From positions 23,190,001 through 23,254,000 of the forward strand of contig OZ076409.1 of NCBI GenBank assembly GCA_964187785.1: a DNA stretch of 64,000 nt, given 5' to 3'. The notes below the pieces were generated by a model, which saw nothing but the letters and a program-made list of their open reading frames with translations, searched no databases and was not told where the DNA came from. This DNA is from Amphiscolops sp. MND2022. Lineage: Eukaryota. Made by a program: the position numbers and the translations under genes. Positions 1 through 11,299 of the stretch are shown piece after piece. Position 1 is the stretch's first letter. Each line of letters opens with the position of its first letter.

Positions 1-67
1 GTAGTATGCCAATAATTAAAGTTGTCAGGTCGGTTCGGTCTGGACACTTAGTGATACTGTTTTCTTT

Positions 68-2536
68 CTAGTGAGTCGTAGTGATAGCGTCAAGTCGTCT
101 GAAGTCAGGATTAGCGTTAGGTTTAGGATTAGGTCGTAAATTGTATTTTGCTATTTTTCTTGGGTTATATCCGACAGCTGTAGGCGGTGATCTTGGGGGA
201 ATAGGTGGACTTTCAATGGGTGGGGGGCGTCGTATGTATGGGTTATCTCCCACGTCTGTTGTAAGATTTGAAAAGTCCGGAGACAACGGCGCTGTGTCAT
301 TTGTATCTTCGATGTAATTTTTTGGCGTTTGCGACGTTGCGTCTTCGTCATTTGTATTTGTCGCTTCTTGTGTTTCTGCGTGATGGTTGTTTCTTGTGTT
401 TTCTGATGTTTCGTGTTCATCAATCTGTTTACCAAAATCCATTTCCCATGATACTGCATACCATTCATTGTGTGAGATTTTAACGTCTGGATCAGAAAGG
501 TAGTCGTTGGCTCGTACTGTGTCGTCAGGCAAGCGTTGTTCAGGTACGTAAGGTCGTATTCGGACTCTATGTAGCGTTTGTGTGTATCTCGTTCCAAGTT
601 TTCGTATTGTGTAGTTGTTATTTGATAGTGCTTTTATCACAATATACGGTCCTGTCCAAATGCAATCTTGGAACGCGAACTTTGTCGACTGATTGTCGGC
701 TTTCGGGTTCAGAATGTAGCAATAGTCATTTACTTTGAGCGGGGCTGCCGACGCTTTGCGGTCGTAATATTTTTTGTATTTGAGATAAGACAGCATGATG
801 TTGTCCTTCGCTGTCGCCCTCACTTCGTTGATTTGTTTTTGTAGTTGTTCTGCTATGTCCGAGTTAGGGGTGGTTTTCCACTTTGGCTTGATGCCCAGTT
901 TTAAATCAAGAACGTTGTAGGGTATACGTCCATGGAATACTGTGGATGGTTCACAACCTAGTGTTTCATGATACGTTGTATTGTAATTCATGACTGCAAT
1001 TTGGACATATTTGTGCCACATTGAACGTCTTTCACCCATCGATATTTTTAGGGCAGTTTTGATTGAAGCATGAGTTCTCTCCAAAATTCCGATTGTTTGT
1101 GCATGTTTTGTAGACGCGTGGCTAATCTGGATTTCGAGTATCTGAGTTATTTCTGCAACGACTTCTGATCGGAATTGAGATCCCTTATCCGATAATATCA
1201 GTGTTGGCAAGTATGCGTGTCTTGTCATGACGTCGACAATGCAGCGTCCGATTGTTTTCGCTGTGACATTCTGTGTTGGGTATGCGAATAGGTAGCGTGA
1301 AAATACGTCAATCATCGTAACAATGTTTTGGTATCCTGCAGAATTGGGTAGGTTCGGCAATATATCGATTTCGAGAATGTCCTCCGGACCTAGGACGTGT
1401 TCCGTATTGTTGATCATCTTCGGTCTGATTTGACTGTTGTTGATTCGTTTGTATTTGATGCAGTCTTCGCATCGCATCACCCATTGTCTGATCCGTTTTG
1501 CTAGTCCGGGATAATAGTATTTTGATCTGAATTCGAGGATCATTTTTGTGATCCCTGGGTGTTTTCCCATTTGTCCATGGAGTGCTTTCAGAAGTTCAGT
1601 AATCAAATGCTCAGGGATTAGTATTTGGTGATGAGTAACCTGACCGCACTCTCCGTAGTATTTGCGCATGAGTATTCCATCTTTGACTATGAGTCTGTTT
1701 TCATGGACTAGGAGACGTTTTGCTGTCGGGTCAGTTTGTAAAAGATGTTTGTCATATTCTTCGCATATCAACTTCTTTTTGATTGCTTTGAAAACTTGGT
1801 TTGAGTCTTGCTCTACTCTGATGCGTGCGTCTTCTTTTATTGCCCCAAAGGTGTAAGAGGCTTTATTTATCGGGATTGGTGTTGTTTCTTTTATGGCTAG
1901 TTTTATTTTTGTCGTCTCTTCATCGCGCGCATTTTGTCTTGCTTGTTCTTTTTGTAGGAAGATTTCTTCTTCGGTTTCAATTGTTTCATCTGGAAGGAAG
2001 AAAATTTGTTCTTCATCTGCGACGTCAGTAGATTGTAGGTTGACTTGTATTGGTCGGATTGTAATGTCCTCTCTTATTTTCAATTCAACTCGTTCTTTGG
2101 GGGTAAGTTCAATGCGTGATAGAAAATCGGCTGCAGTGTTTTGCGTACCAGCGACGTGCATTATGTGAAAGTTGAATTGTAGCACATAGTCACACGCGTT
2201 CCACAGCGTAGGCGGTATGGCTTTTGTTTGGAAGAAACGCGTGACTGACCTATTATCGGTCATTACGAGTGTCGGTAGCGTCGTTTCCCACAGTATGTGG
2301 CTGTATTCTAGGAATGCATGGTAAATTGCCAAGAATTCTTTGCAATATATAGACATTTTTAGTTGAGCTGGGGAAAATACTTTCGATCCGAATGCGACTG
2401 GGGCGAACGTTTTCTTTTTGGAATTGATATTTTTGTCATTGTCTTCTTCAATCATTAATGCATAGCCGGAGGCTCGAAAGCTGGCATCCGTCATTAGGAC
2501 GTATTGTCGTCCTGTGATTGGTTGCTTGAGAGCCAA
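68..2536 (-). CDS. pol: Element A pol, C-terminal part: RNase H (LMTDAS, ADFLSR) and integrase (HGQMGKHPG...CEDC zinc finger, DDE core, WTGPY)
   Basis: 822-aa ORF with the listed motifs; joins the RT part through a frameshift at the T9 run 2711-2719. Confidence 0.95.
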   Translation of the reverse strand: MALKQPITGRQYVLMTDASFRASGYALMIEEDNDKNINSKKKTFAPVAFGSKVFSPAQLKMSIYCKEFLAIYHAFLEYSHILWETTLPTLVMTDNRSVTRFFQTKAIPPTLWNACDYVLQFNFHIMHVAGTQNTAADFLSRIELTPKERVELKIREDITIRPIQVNLQSTDVADEEQIFFLPDETIETEEEIFLQKEQARQNARDEETTKIKLAIKETTPIPINKASYTFGAIKEDARIRVEQDSNQVFKAIKKKLICEEYDKHLLQTDPTAKRLLVHENRLIVKDGILMRKYYGECGQVTHHQILIPEHLITELLKALHGQMGKHPGITKMILEFRSKYYYPGLAKRIRQWVMRCEDCIKYKRINNSQIRPKMINNTEHVLGPEDILEIDILPNLPNSAGYQNIVTMIDVFSRYLFAYPTQNVTAKTIGRCIVDVMTRHAYLPTLILSDKGSQFRSEVVAEITQILEIQISHASTKHAQTIGILERTHASIKTALKISMGERRSMWHKYVQIAVMNYNTTYHETLGCEPSTVFHGRIPYNVLDLKLGIKPKWKTTPNSDIAEQLQKQINEVRATAKDNIMLSYLKYKKYYDRKASAAPLKVNDYCYILNPKADNQSTKFAFQDCIWTGPYIVIKALSNNNYTIRKLGTRYTQTLHRVRIRPYVPEQRLPDDTVRANDYLSDPDVKISHNEWYAVSWEMDFGKQIDEHETSENTRNNHHAETQEATNTNDEDATSQTPKNYIEDTNDTAPLSPDFSNLTTDVGDNPYIRRPPPIESPPIPPRSPPTAVGYNPRKIAKYNLRPNPKPNANPDFRRLDAITTTH

Positions 2537-2619
2537 TCCGCAGGCTTGCGACAGTGCTGCGTTGATCGCCTTGTAATGGTCTAGTAGCTCTTCAGTGATT
2601 TTGATTTGTTTATCTGCTT

Positions 2620-5013
2620 TCAGCAGCTCATAGAATCCGAGTAATTTTTCAGATAATCGCGGGATGTAGTTGCGATAATATTTGACAAAGCCGATGTATC
2701 TTTGTACTTGTTTTTTTTTGATTTCGGAAATCGTACATTTGCAAAGAATTTTTGTATTTTATGATCTTGGGGGGCGATTCCTTGCGGAGTGATTGTTCTT
2801 CCAAGGAATTCGACTTCAGTTACTCCAAAATGGCATTTGTCAATGGATAGTTTAAGTCCTGCTTGTCTGATGCACTCGAAAACTGCTCGGATGTTACGTA
2901 TTAGCTGCGTCACTGAATTGGCTGCAATCCCGATGTCATCCACGTATTGTGCGCACTGGTCTGCTTTGATCACTTTGTCTAGGTATTCTCTCATGAAACT
3001 TGAGAATGCTGATAAGGCTCTGCTCAGTCCCTGTGCTAGGCGTTTGTAGGCGAACGTCCTGCTTGCGAAGTTGAATGCTAGCATTTCTATGGATCTTTGA
3101 TCAGCCATTTGTAAGCAGCGGTATGCTTGTGAGCAGTCTAATTTGCAAAACAGCTTTTTACCAGCTAGGTGTTGAGCTGCGTCTGACAAGGTACTAACTG
3201 GATGGTTATTGTTGATATAGTCATCTGAGATCAGTGCGTTTATTTTTCGCAGGTCGACAAGTAGACGCAATTTACCGTTTGGTTTGCGTTGGGCGAAAAT
3301 TGGGCTCGCGTATTTTGAAAACGGCAGGGTCGTTATGATGCCGTATCTGTGCATTAGTGCTAATTCAACTGTCAGGTCTTCTTTCAAGTTTATTGGTACT
3401 GGTAGACTTTGTGTGTAGATTGGGCGTTCATCCTTCGGGGTTAGCTTAACCTTGAAGTTGTTGTTGATACCAATGTCAAGTCGATGACGCGCAAAGATGT
3501 CATTGTATTCGATTATTGTTTGTTCAAGCTGTTTCCTGTCATTACCTTCGATTTGGGAGCCTTCCCACTGGAACATGTCAAGGAATTTCTTTCTTGATTC
3601 TTTGTCTTTTGTTGGGTCTAGTTCTTCTTTCTTGATGAGTTCGCGGATTTCTTTCAATATTCGCCGCTGGATTGGCGTATGCTCGTCCTCGTTTCCTGGA
3701 TTCTCAGGTGTGGGAAACCAGAAATTTTCGTCATTCTGTTTAGTTTCGTTGGCTTTCATGAGTTCGTTGACGTACATGTGGGTGTCGTCAGGATCTTCTA
3801 GCAGTTTGAGTGCGGCGGCATCTATTGGTCGTATTTGTTTCGTGTCCTCTGGTTTGAGGATTTGTAGTTCTGCCAGTTTTGTGTGATTCTTTATTGTATG
3901 AGGGAAGTCCGTTAAGTTGGCGATTCGGATGTTGGGCCTTTTGTTGTGGGCTGTCGCTAGTGCTGGTGCGACGATGATTGTTGCTGTTTCATCAAATTGT
4001 GGCAGTGGTTGTACCGCGCCGGTGACGTCATTCATGTTTGTGGTTATTACTATTGCGTTCACTGTTGTTGTTTGTTGTGGCGGTAGTGTTTGGTTTCCTT
4101 CTGCCATTATTTGGAGCGGTTTCGGATTGCATTTTTTCATTTCGTCTGTCATGGCTAGCGTCATTTCGACGTGCGGGAAATTGATGGTTCCGTTGGCAGT
4201 GTCAATCACTGCTTGATGGTTTCTCATGAAGTTCAATCCTATGATAGGAAATGACGTTTTCGATAAGATGACGAAGGTATCTGTGAAAGTGTATGTTCCG
4301 ATGTTGAATTGAATGTCCGCTGTGGCTATTGGTTGCTCTAGTTGTGCGTTTGCGCATTCAATCTTGAAGGGTGGTTGAGGATATTCTTTTATGACGCAGC
4401 TATCGCTGTTCATTTTGATCGCGTTGTAGTCTGACCAGGACATGGCATTGATGAACGCGCCTGAGTCGACGAGTCCATCCATTGTTATCTCGCAGAATTC
4501 GAGTGGCAAATACAGCATTCTCCTTCTATTCTTGAGGACTATGGTGGAGTGGAGGGGTATGTATGTTTCCCCATCTTTTTCGGCTACGTACTCCTTGATT
4601 GAGTTGAGTGATGTGGGAAAATCGTCTGTGGACAGAAATGCTGTGGAGGAGTTGTGGTTATCTCCTTCAATCTGTTGTGACGATAGATGGTCGTCGGGGG
4701 CGTTTTCATTTTGTTCGAACTGGTTTGTAACGGAGAGTTCTCTGTTGATTAGGGGTGGCTTGGTGGGAAGATTTGCATGCTGTTTAGGGTTGTCTCTGTA
4801 ATCTTTATCGTGAGTGTAGGTTTCTGCTTGTTCAGTTTGTGGATATGGCCTTTTTATAGAAGCGAGTGCTTGTCGTCTTAGCCAGTCTTCTGTCGGTGTG
4901 CCGTTGCATTCAATCGTTGTGTTGTTGACATATGTGGTGGGGGGATCCTCGGTTGAATACGCCCTCGCGTCTACTTTTTCCCCAAAACGCAGGCGCGGCG
5001 TAATTAGTTTTTT
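2620..5013 (-). CDS. pol: Element A pol, N-terminal part: aspartic protease, dUTPase-like spacer, reverse transcriptase
   Basis: LVDSGA, YASPIFAQRKPNGKLRLLVDLR, KLDCSQAY, YVDDIG; -1 frame relative to gag. Confidence 0.95.
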   Translation of the reverse strand, partial: KKLITPRLRFGEKVDARAYSTEDPPTTYVNNTTIECNGTPTEDWLRRQALASIKRPYPQTEQAETYTHDKDYRDNPKQHANLPTKPPLINRELSVTNQFEQNENAPDDHLSSQQIEGDNHNSSTAFLSTDDFPTSLNSIKEYVAEKDGETYIPLHSTIVLKNRRRMLYLPLEFCEITMDGLVDSGAFINAMSWSDYNAIKMNSDSCVIKEYPQPPFKIECANAQLEQPIATADIQFNIGTYTFTDTFVILSKTSFPIIGLNFMRNHQAVIDTANGTINFPHVEMTLAMTDEMKKCNPKPLQIMAEGNQTLPPQQTTTVNAIVITTNMNDVTGAVQPLPQFDETATIIVAPALATAHNKRPNIRIANLTDFPHTIKNHTKLAELQILKPEDTKQIRPIDAAALKLLEDPDDTHMYVNELMKANETKQNDENFWFPTPENPGNEDEHTPIQRRILKEIRELIKKEELDPTKDKESRKKFLDMFQWEGSQIEGNDRKQLEQTIIEYNDIFARHRLDIGINNNFKVKLTPKDERPIYTQSLPVPINLKEDLTVELALMHRYGIITTLPFSKYASPIFAQRKPNGKLRLLVDLRKINALISDDYINNNHPVSTLSDAAQHLAGKKLFCKLDCSQAYRCLQMADQRSIEMLAFNFASRTFAYKRLAQGLSRALSAFSSFMREYLDKVIKADQCAQYVDDIGIAANSVTQLIRNIRAVFECIRQAGLKLSIDKCHFGVTEVEFLGRTITPQGIAPQDHKIQKFFANVRFPKSKKNKYKDTSALSNIIATTSRDYLKNYSDSMSC
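4958..5013 (-). promoter_or_regulatory. Programmed -1 ribosomal frameshift signal (A AAA AAC plus downstream stem-loop)
   Basis: CCA AAA AAC TAA ends gag; TACGCC (5002-4997) can pair with GGCGTA (4963-4958), with an inner GC-rich stem. Confidence 0.8.
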
Positions 5014-6443
5014 GGTTCGGTAGCAAAGTCGGTTGTTGTCAACTGGTCTGGGGTGTCCCTTTTTTGTTCCTGTGTAGCGTGGCGCTTGGGACGCGGATCG
5101 TTGGCAGCATTGGCTCCATTCCAACAATTTTCTGTTTTGTGGGGCTTGCCGCACGTGTCACATTTAAGTGGTTTGCCTGAAGTGCTGCTGGCTTGGCCAT
5201 TGTTTCTCTTGGTTTGCATCCATTTATCTCTTTTCATTTTCCTACACTCCGCTTTGTAGTGTCCGAATTTGTTGCAGTGGAAGCAATACCCTTTCTTGGT
5301 GTTTTGCGTCGTGTTGTCGGTCAGTTTGGGCTCAGTGTTTGGTGGGGCTGGTTCTACTTTGTTTAGTGGTACCAGGTTTACTTCATCTGGCGCCCCGAGG
5401 CCGTTAAGTCTCATTTCCCTTTCTAGATGCAGTACGATGTCGTTGTAGGGTTTATCTTCAAGATACGCCCTATTTAATATTTTCTTTACGTGGTCTGGCA
5501 TTTTTGCATAGATCGCCTTATCGATAAATTGTTGGGCTTCAGAGCCGAAGGCTTCTTTGGCTGTTTTTTGAAGTACATCCAGAAATTCGTGGAGTTTCTG
5601 GTTCGAGGGATCGAATTTGAGCGCATCCCATTCGCATCTTGCCTTGGCCATGGACAAATAATCTCCGAAACGTCGTTTGAAAATCGTCATGATTTCATCA
5701 AGGGAATCCTTTTTCGTATCTTCGATATTACAAAATGCTTGTAAAGCATCTCCTCTGAGGAGGGAGTGGAAATAGTTTATTTTTTGGATTTCCGTAAGGT
5801 GTGGGTACATTTTGATATTATTGCGAAAAAGGTCTTCGAAAAGCTCGAATTTTTCCGACTTCCCGTCGAAGGTCGGGAGTGATGCCGTGAGTGCTTTTGG
5901 CATGGGCAGAGTAGTGCCATCATTTTTATCTGTTGCAAATAGAGTCCTTGCCACTACTGGACGTTCTTTTGACGGCGGTTGGCTCTGAGATCTGGCTTTT
6001 GTTCTTTTTGGCTGGTTGGTGGAATCGGTTAGGACTACTGTCACCATGTTACTACTAATACTCAGGTCGTTTTGAGTTGAACTTATTCTCACTGATTTTG
6101 TAGGAGTATAAAAGTTTCTAGTTTCCTCTTCTATTTCTTCCTCAGTATTCTCCTTAATACTTCCCCTTGTTTCAGGTTTCAAGAGCTTCAACATGTCCTT
6201 CTGAGATTCGACAAGAAGATTCTTAATCTCTGATGTTATTTCCTTTTTCAAGGAAGCCCTTAAACTTTCTAAGAGGCTGTTTTCAATCCGGGGGAATTTT
6301 GGGTCAGAAGGCCCCGCTACCTCATCGTCTTGGTTTAAGGAACAAGGATTTCCTACTACTATGGGTGAAATCAAGCCTTCACTTACGTTCTCACTGGTGC
6401 TTTGCTGATCGTTCCTTCTTTTCTGGCTTCTTGTTGTTGACAT
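5004..6443 (-). CDS. gag: Element A gag (likely start MSTTRSQKRR)
   Basis: LPTFDGK, LLRGDALQ capsid-like motifs; knuckles CFHCNKFGHYKAEC and CDTCGKPHKTENC. Confidence 0.9.
   Translation of the reverse strand: MSTTRSQKRRNDQQSTSENVSEGLISPIVVGNPCSLNQDDEVAGPSDPKFPRIENSLLESLRASLKKEITSEIKNLLVESQKDMLKLLKPETRGSIKENTEEEIEEETRNFYTPTKSVRISSTQNDLSISSNMVTVVLTDSTNQPKRTKARSQSQPPSKERPVVARTLFATDKNDGTTLPMPKALTASLPTFDGKSEKFELFEDLFRNNIKMYPHLTEIQKINYFHSLLRGDALQAFCNIEDTKKDSLDEIMTIFKRRFGDYLSMAKARCEWDALKFDPSNQKLHEFLDVLQKTAKEAFGSEAQQFIDKAIYAKMPDHVKKILNRAYLEDKPYNDIVLHLEREMRLNGLGAPDEVNLVPLNKVEPAPPNTEPKLTDNTTQNTKKGYCFHCNKFGHYKAECRKMKRDKWMQTKRNNGQASSTSGKPLKCDTCGKPHKTENCWNGANAANDPRPKRHATQEQKRDTPDQLTTTDFATEPKN
6032..6046 (-). 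promoter_or_regulatory. Primer binding site of element A (TGGTGACAG...)
   Basis: TGG directly after ...AACA; same junction as element D, where the LTR end is fixed by the 3' LTR copy. Confidence 0.7.
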
Positions 6444-8037
6444 TTTGTAGAAAAGTTTGATCTGGAAGAATTGAATTTCTTTCAAAGATATTTTCTGACA
6501 AAGTAGAACAAGACAAGGTTTTGGTGAAATTGAAAATTCAACTGAATTGTACAATTGCGAAAGACTGAGTCCCTTAGTTAGCTAAAATCATCGTATATAT
6601 ACCCTTCTAGCATCATTTGATTACGAGTTAAGTCCTAATTTCCTTCGAATAATTAGTCATTTCCTGTATTTTCGGTGCAAAAATCATTTTGTTCCCAATT
6701 TTGCGTCGACATTCCGTCAAATTTTAAGACACGGCAAATCTAATCTAGCATTAGTCATCAACCGTAATCATATTATTTCAGCTCGGCGTCCTTTTGTTTC
6801 CTCCCAAGCAGGAAGTAGATATTACTTCAGTCCGTCAAACCGGAAATATTTCCCTGTTTTCCTGCCTTGGTTCGTAAGAAACTGACGCTGAGGTGACGCC
6901 GGCATGAACAACTAATGCCTGAATTTTGATATTTCGCTCAAGAAAAATGCTATGACTAATGTTTTCAGCTCTGTAATTTCCAATGATGCTAAGAAGGAAT
7001 GAGATCAAGATTAAAGAATTAGCAACAATCTCAAATTAGTTTCAAATTAAATAATTAATGGTTAACAAAATAAAACAACGACACATTGACGCTTGATGGC
7101 TTGATAGACTAAATTGTCTAATTCAGACTTCTGCCCCAATTTAATAATATTTCAATCACAAATGCTGACTAATATTATTTTAGCATTCATCCGATGAATA
7201 TACATAACACACTGTCAACAGATTTTAACTTGCACGTAAAATAATATTTCGAACAAAAGTTTGACGACGTGAGAACGGCACTTTGTGGATTTTCTGAACA
7301 AGCAAGAGTTCAAAACCTTTTATCATCAGATCTTAATCATTACAAAAATGTACAATAGCAACACAAACATTTATTCTGAATTTATGCACATTGGGGTCAA
7401 AGCAATGACCATCCTGATTAGGGGACGACGACGTGCCGGCGTCCAATTAAACACAACAAGGTAATAGCACACGCTTTATGTAGTACAAAATACAAACATA
7501 GGAAAATACATTTCCAATACGAAAATACTATCGATTTACTTTCGTCATGTCCATAAACTGTGACTTTCACCTACATTATACGGGGATTTCCATTTCAACT
7601 TAAGTTTTAGAGCAGAATTAACCCGGCAAAGGAAATGTTTGACGGAAACGTGGCGTAGGTTTTCAAATTCCCCACTAATTGTCTTGTTAAATCACCAAAC
7701 ACTTTAAACGTATTCCTAGCACTAATTAGTTTGATTGATATTCATCATAACTTTTGGATGGACTAAAACAGCTTGTTTTGATGGAATTTGGACGTACCGT
7801 GGACGTACGTATTAGTATTAGGCCTGGTCCAGAATAGTGGACGTAACGTGGACGCAAATTTGAAGTAAGAATTAGTCCGCGCCTAGAAGACAACACCGTG
7901 ACGTCACTATGGCGGAAAATCGGAATGATTTTAAGTAGTGTCACTAATATAGGCGGTAAATTGGAATGGTTCTCTAGTGAGCGCGGACGGAACGGTGACG
8001 TCACACTATATACTTTCAAGTCTGCTTCTTACCGACA
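6047..8037 (-). repeat. 5' LTR of element A (~2 kb)
   Basis: Starts TGTCGG, ends AACA before the PBS; patches align with 62089-63712 (e.g. 6600-6950 vs 63140-63470, 7898-8004 vs 62140-62270). Confidence 0.7.
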
Positions 8038-8559
8038 TCTAATATACATGTATTCTTTATTTTGTTTACTTAGCGCAGTGCCGACGTCCTAATCCGCACT
8101 AATTGCTGCTCAAAGTGCAATTAAGCTGCCTTTCTTAGAAAAGGAGTGAATATCTCAGTGTGTCATCTCAATGTAGTTTCTATTTTAGATTCAGATAATG
8201 TCCTTTTTCCAATGGTGATTTTGGGTATATTTTCATTTAGATCGGTCTATGGTCTTTATTTCACTGCGTGTTTTAATTTAGTTTTCAGGTGGCGAATGTT
8301 TCTATTTTGGCGCACTAAGGACGTCCTACCGGATGTGCGTGAAATCATCTTATTTCAATTTAGTTTCAGTTCTCATTTTTGTTTAAACTTTTCGTAAGTT
8401 GGGCGTTCGTTTTCGTATTCTTAGTCACAGTTTATTCCAAAGATAAGGTTTTAAAGTTACCAGTTAAAATAAGATTTGGGGAATCTCAGATTGCCTCCGT
8501 GTCCTCTCCCGATCTTCAGTCGTCTGCAACCACAAGCCAGACCGGGAGCGGGCTGTGAC

Positions 8560-9975
8560 AGATGGTATTCATCTGCACTTTGTTCCTGCTTACAAAGCGG
8601 ACGGTTCTGTGAAAAAATGTTACCAATTTTTTTCTGCATGGTAAGTAGCTCAAAAGTCGCACACCTAAATCTAGTCAAGTTTTTACTTTTATGTCGATTC
8701 GAGATTTTCAGATACTTTTCGAGTACTAAGTTATGTTTTCTTTATGTTGGCACAGACTGTTGGGTTATTCATCATTATGTACCATGCATGGTGGCTAAAT
8801 GAGTGCACTGTTTTTTAAAGTACTTCTTGAAGACTTCATCTGAAAATTCTGCTACATACGTGTACAACACCGGGACACCACAGTTAATTAGAATATTATG
8901 AATACCGTTGAGCCATCTATTCGAGGGTTGATGTATCCTAAGGTAACGATAAACCATTTGCGATAGCTTTTCGTTCGAACCATGTAGTTTTTTCCAGAAA
9001 AGAATCGATCGCTGCCAAGCATAGTATTTCAATTCAAATTCCCCTAGTTCACCGTACACCATAGCTTTCGGAGTACTTATCCTTACTCTAAGGATTCGAC
9101 GTAAAAAAGTCCGGGGAAAAATCTCAATTTTTTGACATTTTCAAATCCCCCCAGAGTTCGCTGCCATATAACAATATCGGGGTGATCATTTTGTGGAACA
9201 AGTTTAGTGAAGTTTTAACTGACAGTTCAGTTCTTTCAAAATTTCCTTTTAGTTTAAAGACTGCTTTTCTTGCTTTATCGACATTATGCCTAATTGCATT
9301 GAGAAATGAGTTGTTGTACTTAAACACTACTCCCAGGGAGCAAAAGGTGTCCACACACCCGATAATTTTATCACCATAAAAATTAGGTTTAAACTTACGA
9401 ACTTTTCCCCGCGATAACATCATCTTTTCCGTTTTTTGACATTGTCATTTCAAGATTGTTTTTCGTACAGAATCTCATTGTCGAGTTGACCGCATTCTGC
9501 ATGTCTTCCTCATTCTCGCTAAACAATATAGTGTCATTCGCATACAAGAGTGTGAATAGTTTCAGAGAGACTGCCGCGTCATTGTTGTTGCTGTCAGCAA
9601 AAGTAATGCCATCGCAAAAATTTTTCAAATATGGTTCAAAATCTTTGAGAAATATGTTGAATAACATAGGTGACAATACATCACCTTGTCTTACCCCGAC
9701 TTGGCACATGAAAAACTTAGAGAGATTACTGTTCATCCTTAAGCATGACTTAGTTTTATCGTAAATACTGGTAATGATTCTAAGGAGATAACTAGATATC
9801 TTCGTAGTTTGCAATTTATACCACAACTTCAGTCTGTCAACTGAGTCAAACGCTTTCTCATAATCAACGAAAACGACGAACAGTTTCTTCCTTGCCTGTT
9901 GAAACGCGGACACTATTGCAGATAGAACAAATACATGATTCATGCAACTATAGTTTTTCCTGAACCCAGGAAGGC
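8560..9975 (-). mobile_element. 5'-truncated, frameshifted non-LTR retrotransposon (LINE) RT and C-terminal cysteine region
   Basis: GFRKNYSC, FVDYEKAFDSV, GVRQGDVLSPMLF, LLYANDT, ILLYGSELWG, VYGELG, LTRFRC...DEYH. Confidence 0.9.
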
Positions 9976-11299
9976 TAAGCGTAAGAATTAAATTTCTCAA
10001 GCTGCCGACAATTCGTTTCTCCTGCGATGGAACGAGCGAGTGGTAATTATGCTTTCGTACGCCGAGTTAATGAGATGAAGCGAACGAGTGTTAATTATTC
10101 ATTCGCCGAGAGCTCCGCGTGGATTCAATTGCGAATGCGAAACTTCGTCTACCCTTACTAGTTATATTTTCTTTAGTCCGAGAGGAAATAAAAGCGGTGT
10201 AAACTGGTAGAGTCATTAATTTTGCGCTATTTAAATGAATAAGATATGCTTCTTTTATTGAATATGAAAGCTGAAAGCCTAAAAGCCGAAATGAAACTGT
10301 GCCTCGCAGGGGTCTATTTGGAGAAACTATTACCAATCGGAGAAAGTTGAAAACAAAATTCTTTTTAGCTTATTCCACTCATATAGTTGGAAAACCAAAC
10401 TACTAGAAGAAACTTTTTGGAAACAGAAATACCCAAAATTTGAGATAAATCAATAGAATTGACCTCGTCGCCCCTTGTAGTTCAAAGCCTCTAACGTGTT
10501 GAGCCAATAGAGACCTTTTTGATGTGTTGCTAAAGCCATATGAAGTGTGTTCAATTGCACAAAAAACCAACTTTTTATATGAATCTCAGGTTTAGTTAGT
10601 CTGGTTCAAAGAAAAAGTCAGATTTAGCGAGAATCGGGAGAGCGCTGAATAGAAAAACCTCTCTCGATGCATTGAAAGCAAGCAATTTACTTCGTTTCTG
10701 GTACAACTCTCCATCACTGCAAATACAGAGAGTGGAGAGATTGAATTCTAGTATGAAGAGAACCTGTCAAAATATAAAAAGTGATTTTGCGTTGAGAGTT
10801 GCCACTGCAGAAGGAACTGCCGCTGAACTGATGAAAGCATCTTTGAGAGAACTCGTGATAAAAAATTGTTAGCAAATTGTTTAGATTGCAAATTGCAAGT
10901 CAGTGTACAAATTGGAACGAACTTTTTTAAAAGCAAATTTTACTCCAGTGGTGCCTGCAAGCTTCATGAATTATCAAGCTTACAAAAGAATTGTGACTGA
11001 CAAATTTGGCCATTTTTTTGAACTAGAAGAATAATGAAGATAATCAGTGAAACATTTGCGAAAAAATGGATTGCAATCATGATGTAAAACGAATATGCTA
11101 CAGACCTAATTTCAAGGTAGTCGACTTATGTAGAACAATCTCTATTTCTAGCGGTTAAAACAGAAACATGGCGTTGTTAGGCAAGAAATATCGCGGATCA
11201 AATATTGAACTTCTTTTCACGTATGACTTATGGAAGGAAAAGAAATAATATTCGATATTTGAATGTTGATTAGCGAAAACTGAATTCCGCGTCGGTTTA

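Larger units (their letters stand above)
1..8037 (-). mobile_element. Ty3/Gypsy LTR retrotransposon A (5' LTR, gag, pol; 3' end lies outside the window)
   Basis: Domain order gag(CCHC x2)-PR(LVDSGA)-RT(YVDD)-RNaseH-IN on the minus strand; LTR with TG...CA ends followed by a TGG PBS. Confidence 0.95.

Noticed and set aside
3880..4120. Active dUTPase between PR and RT in element A (similar spacer in B and D)
   Set aside because: Only a degenerate beta-rich pattern; canonical dUTPase motifs are not seen, and such spacers are common in Gypsy pol.
81..6460. Many short plus-strand ORFs opposite element A
   Set aside because: Antisense shadows of gag and pol; no motifs.
8476..8802. Plus-strand ORF with an ATG|GTAAGT donor-like site
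   Set aside because: Mostly antisense to the LINE C-terminal coding region.
10000..11090. Short ORFs and a weak tRNA-A-box-like stretch near 10490-10515
   Set aside because: No recognisable motif and no B box; left unassigned.
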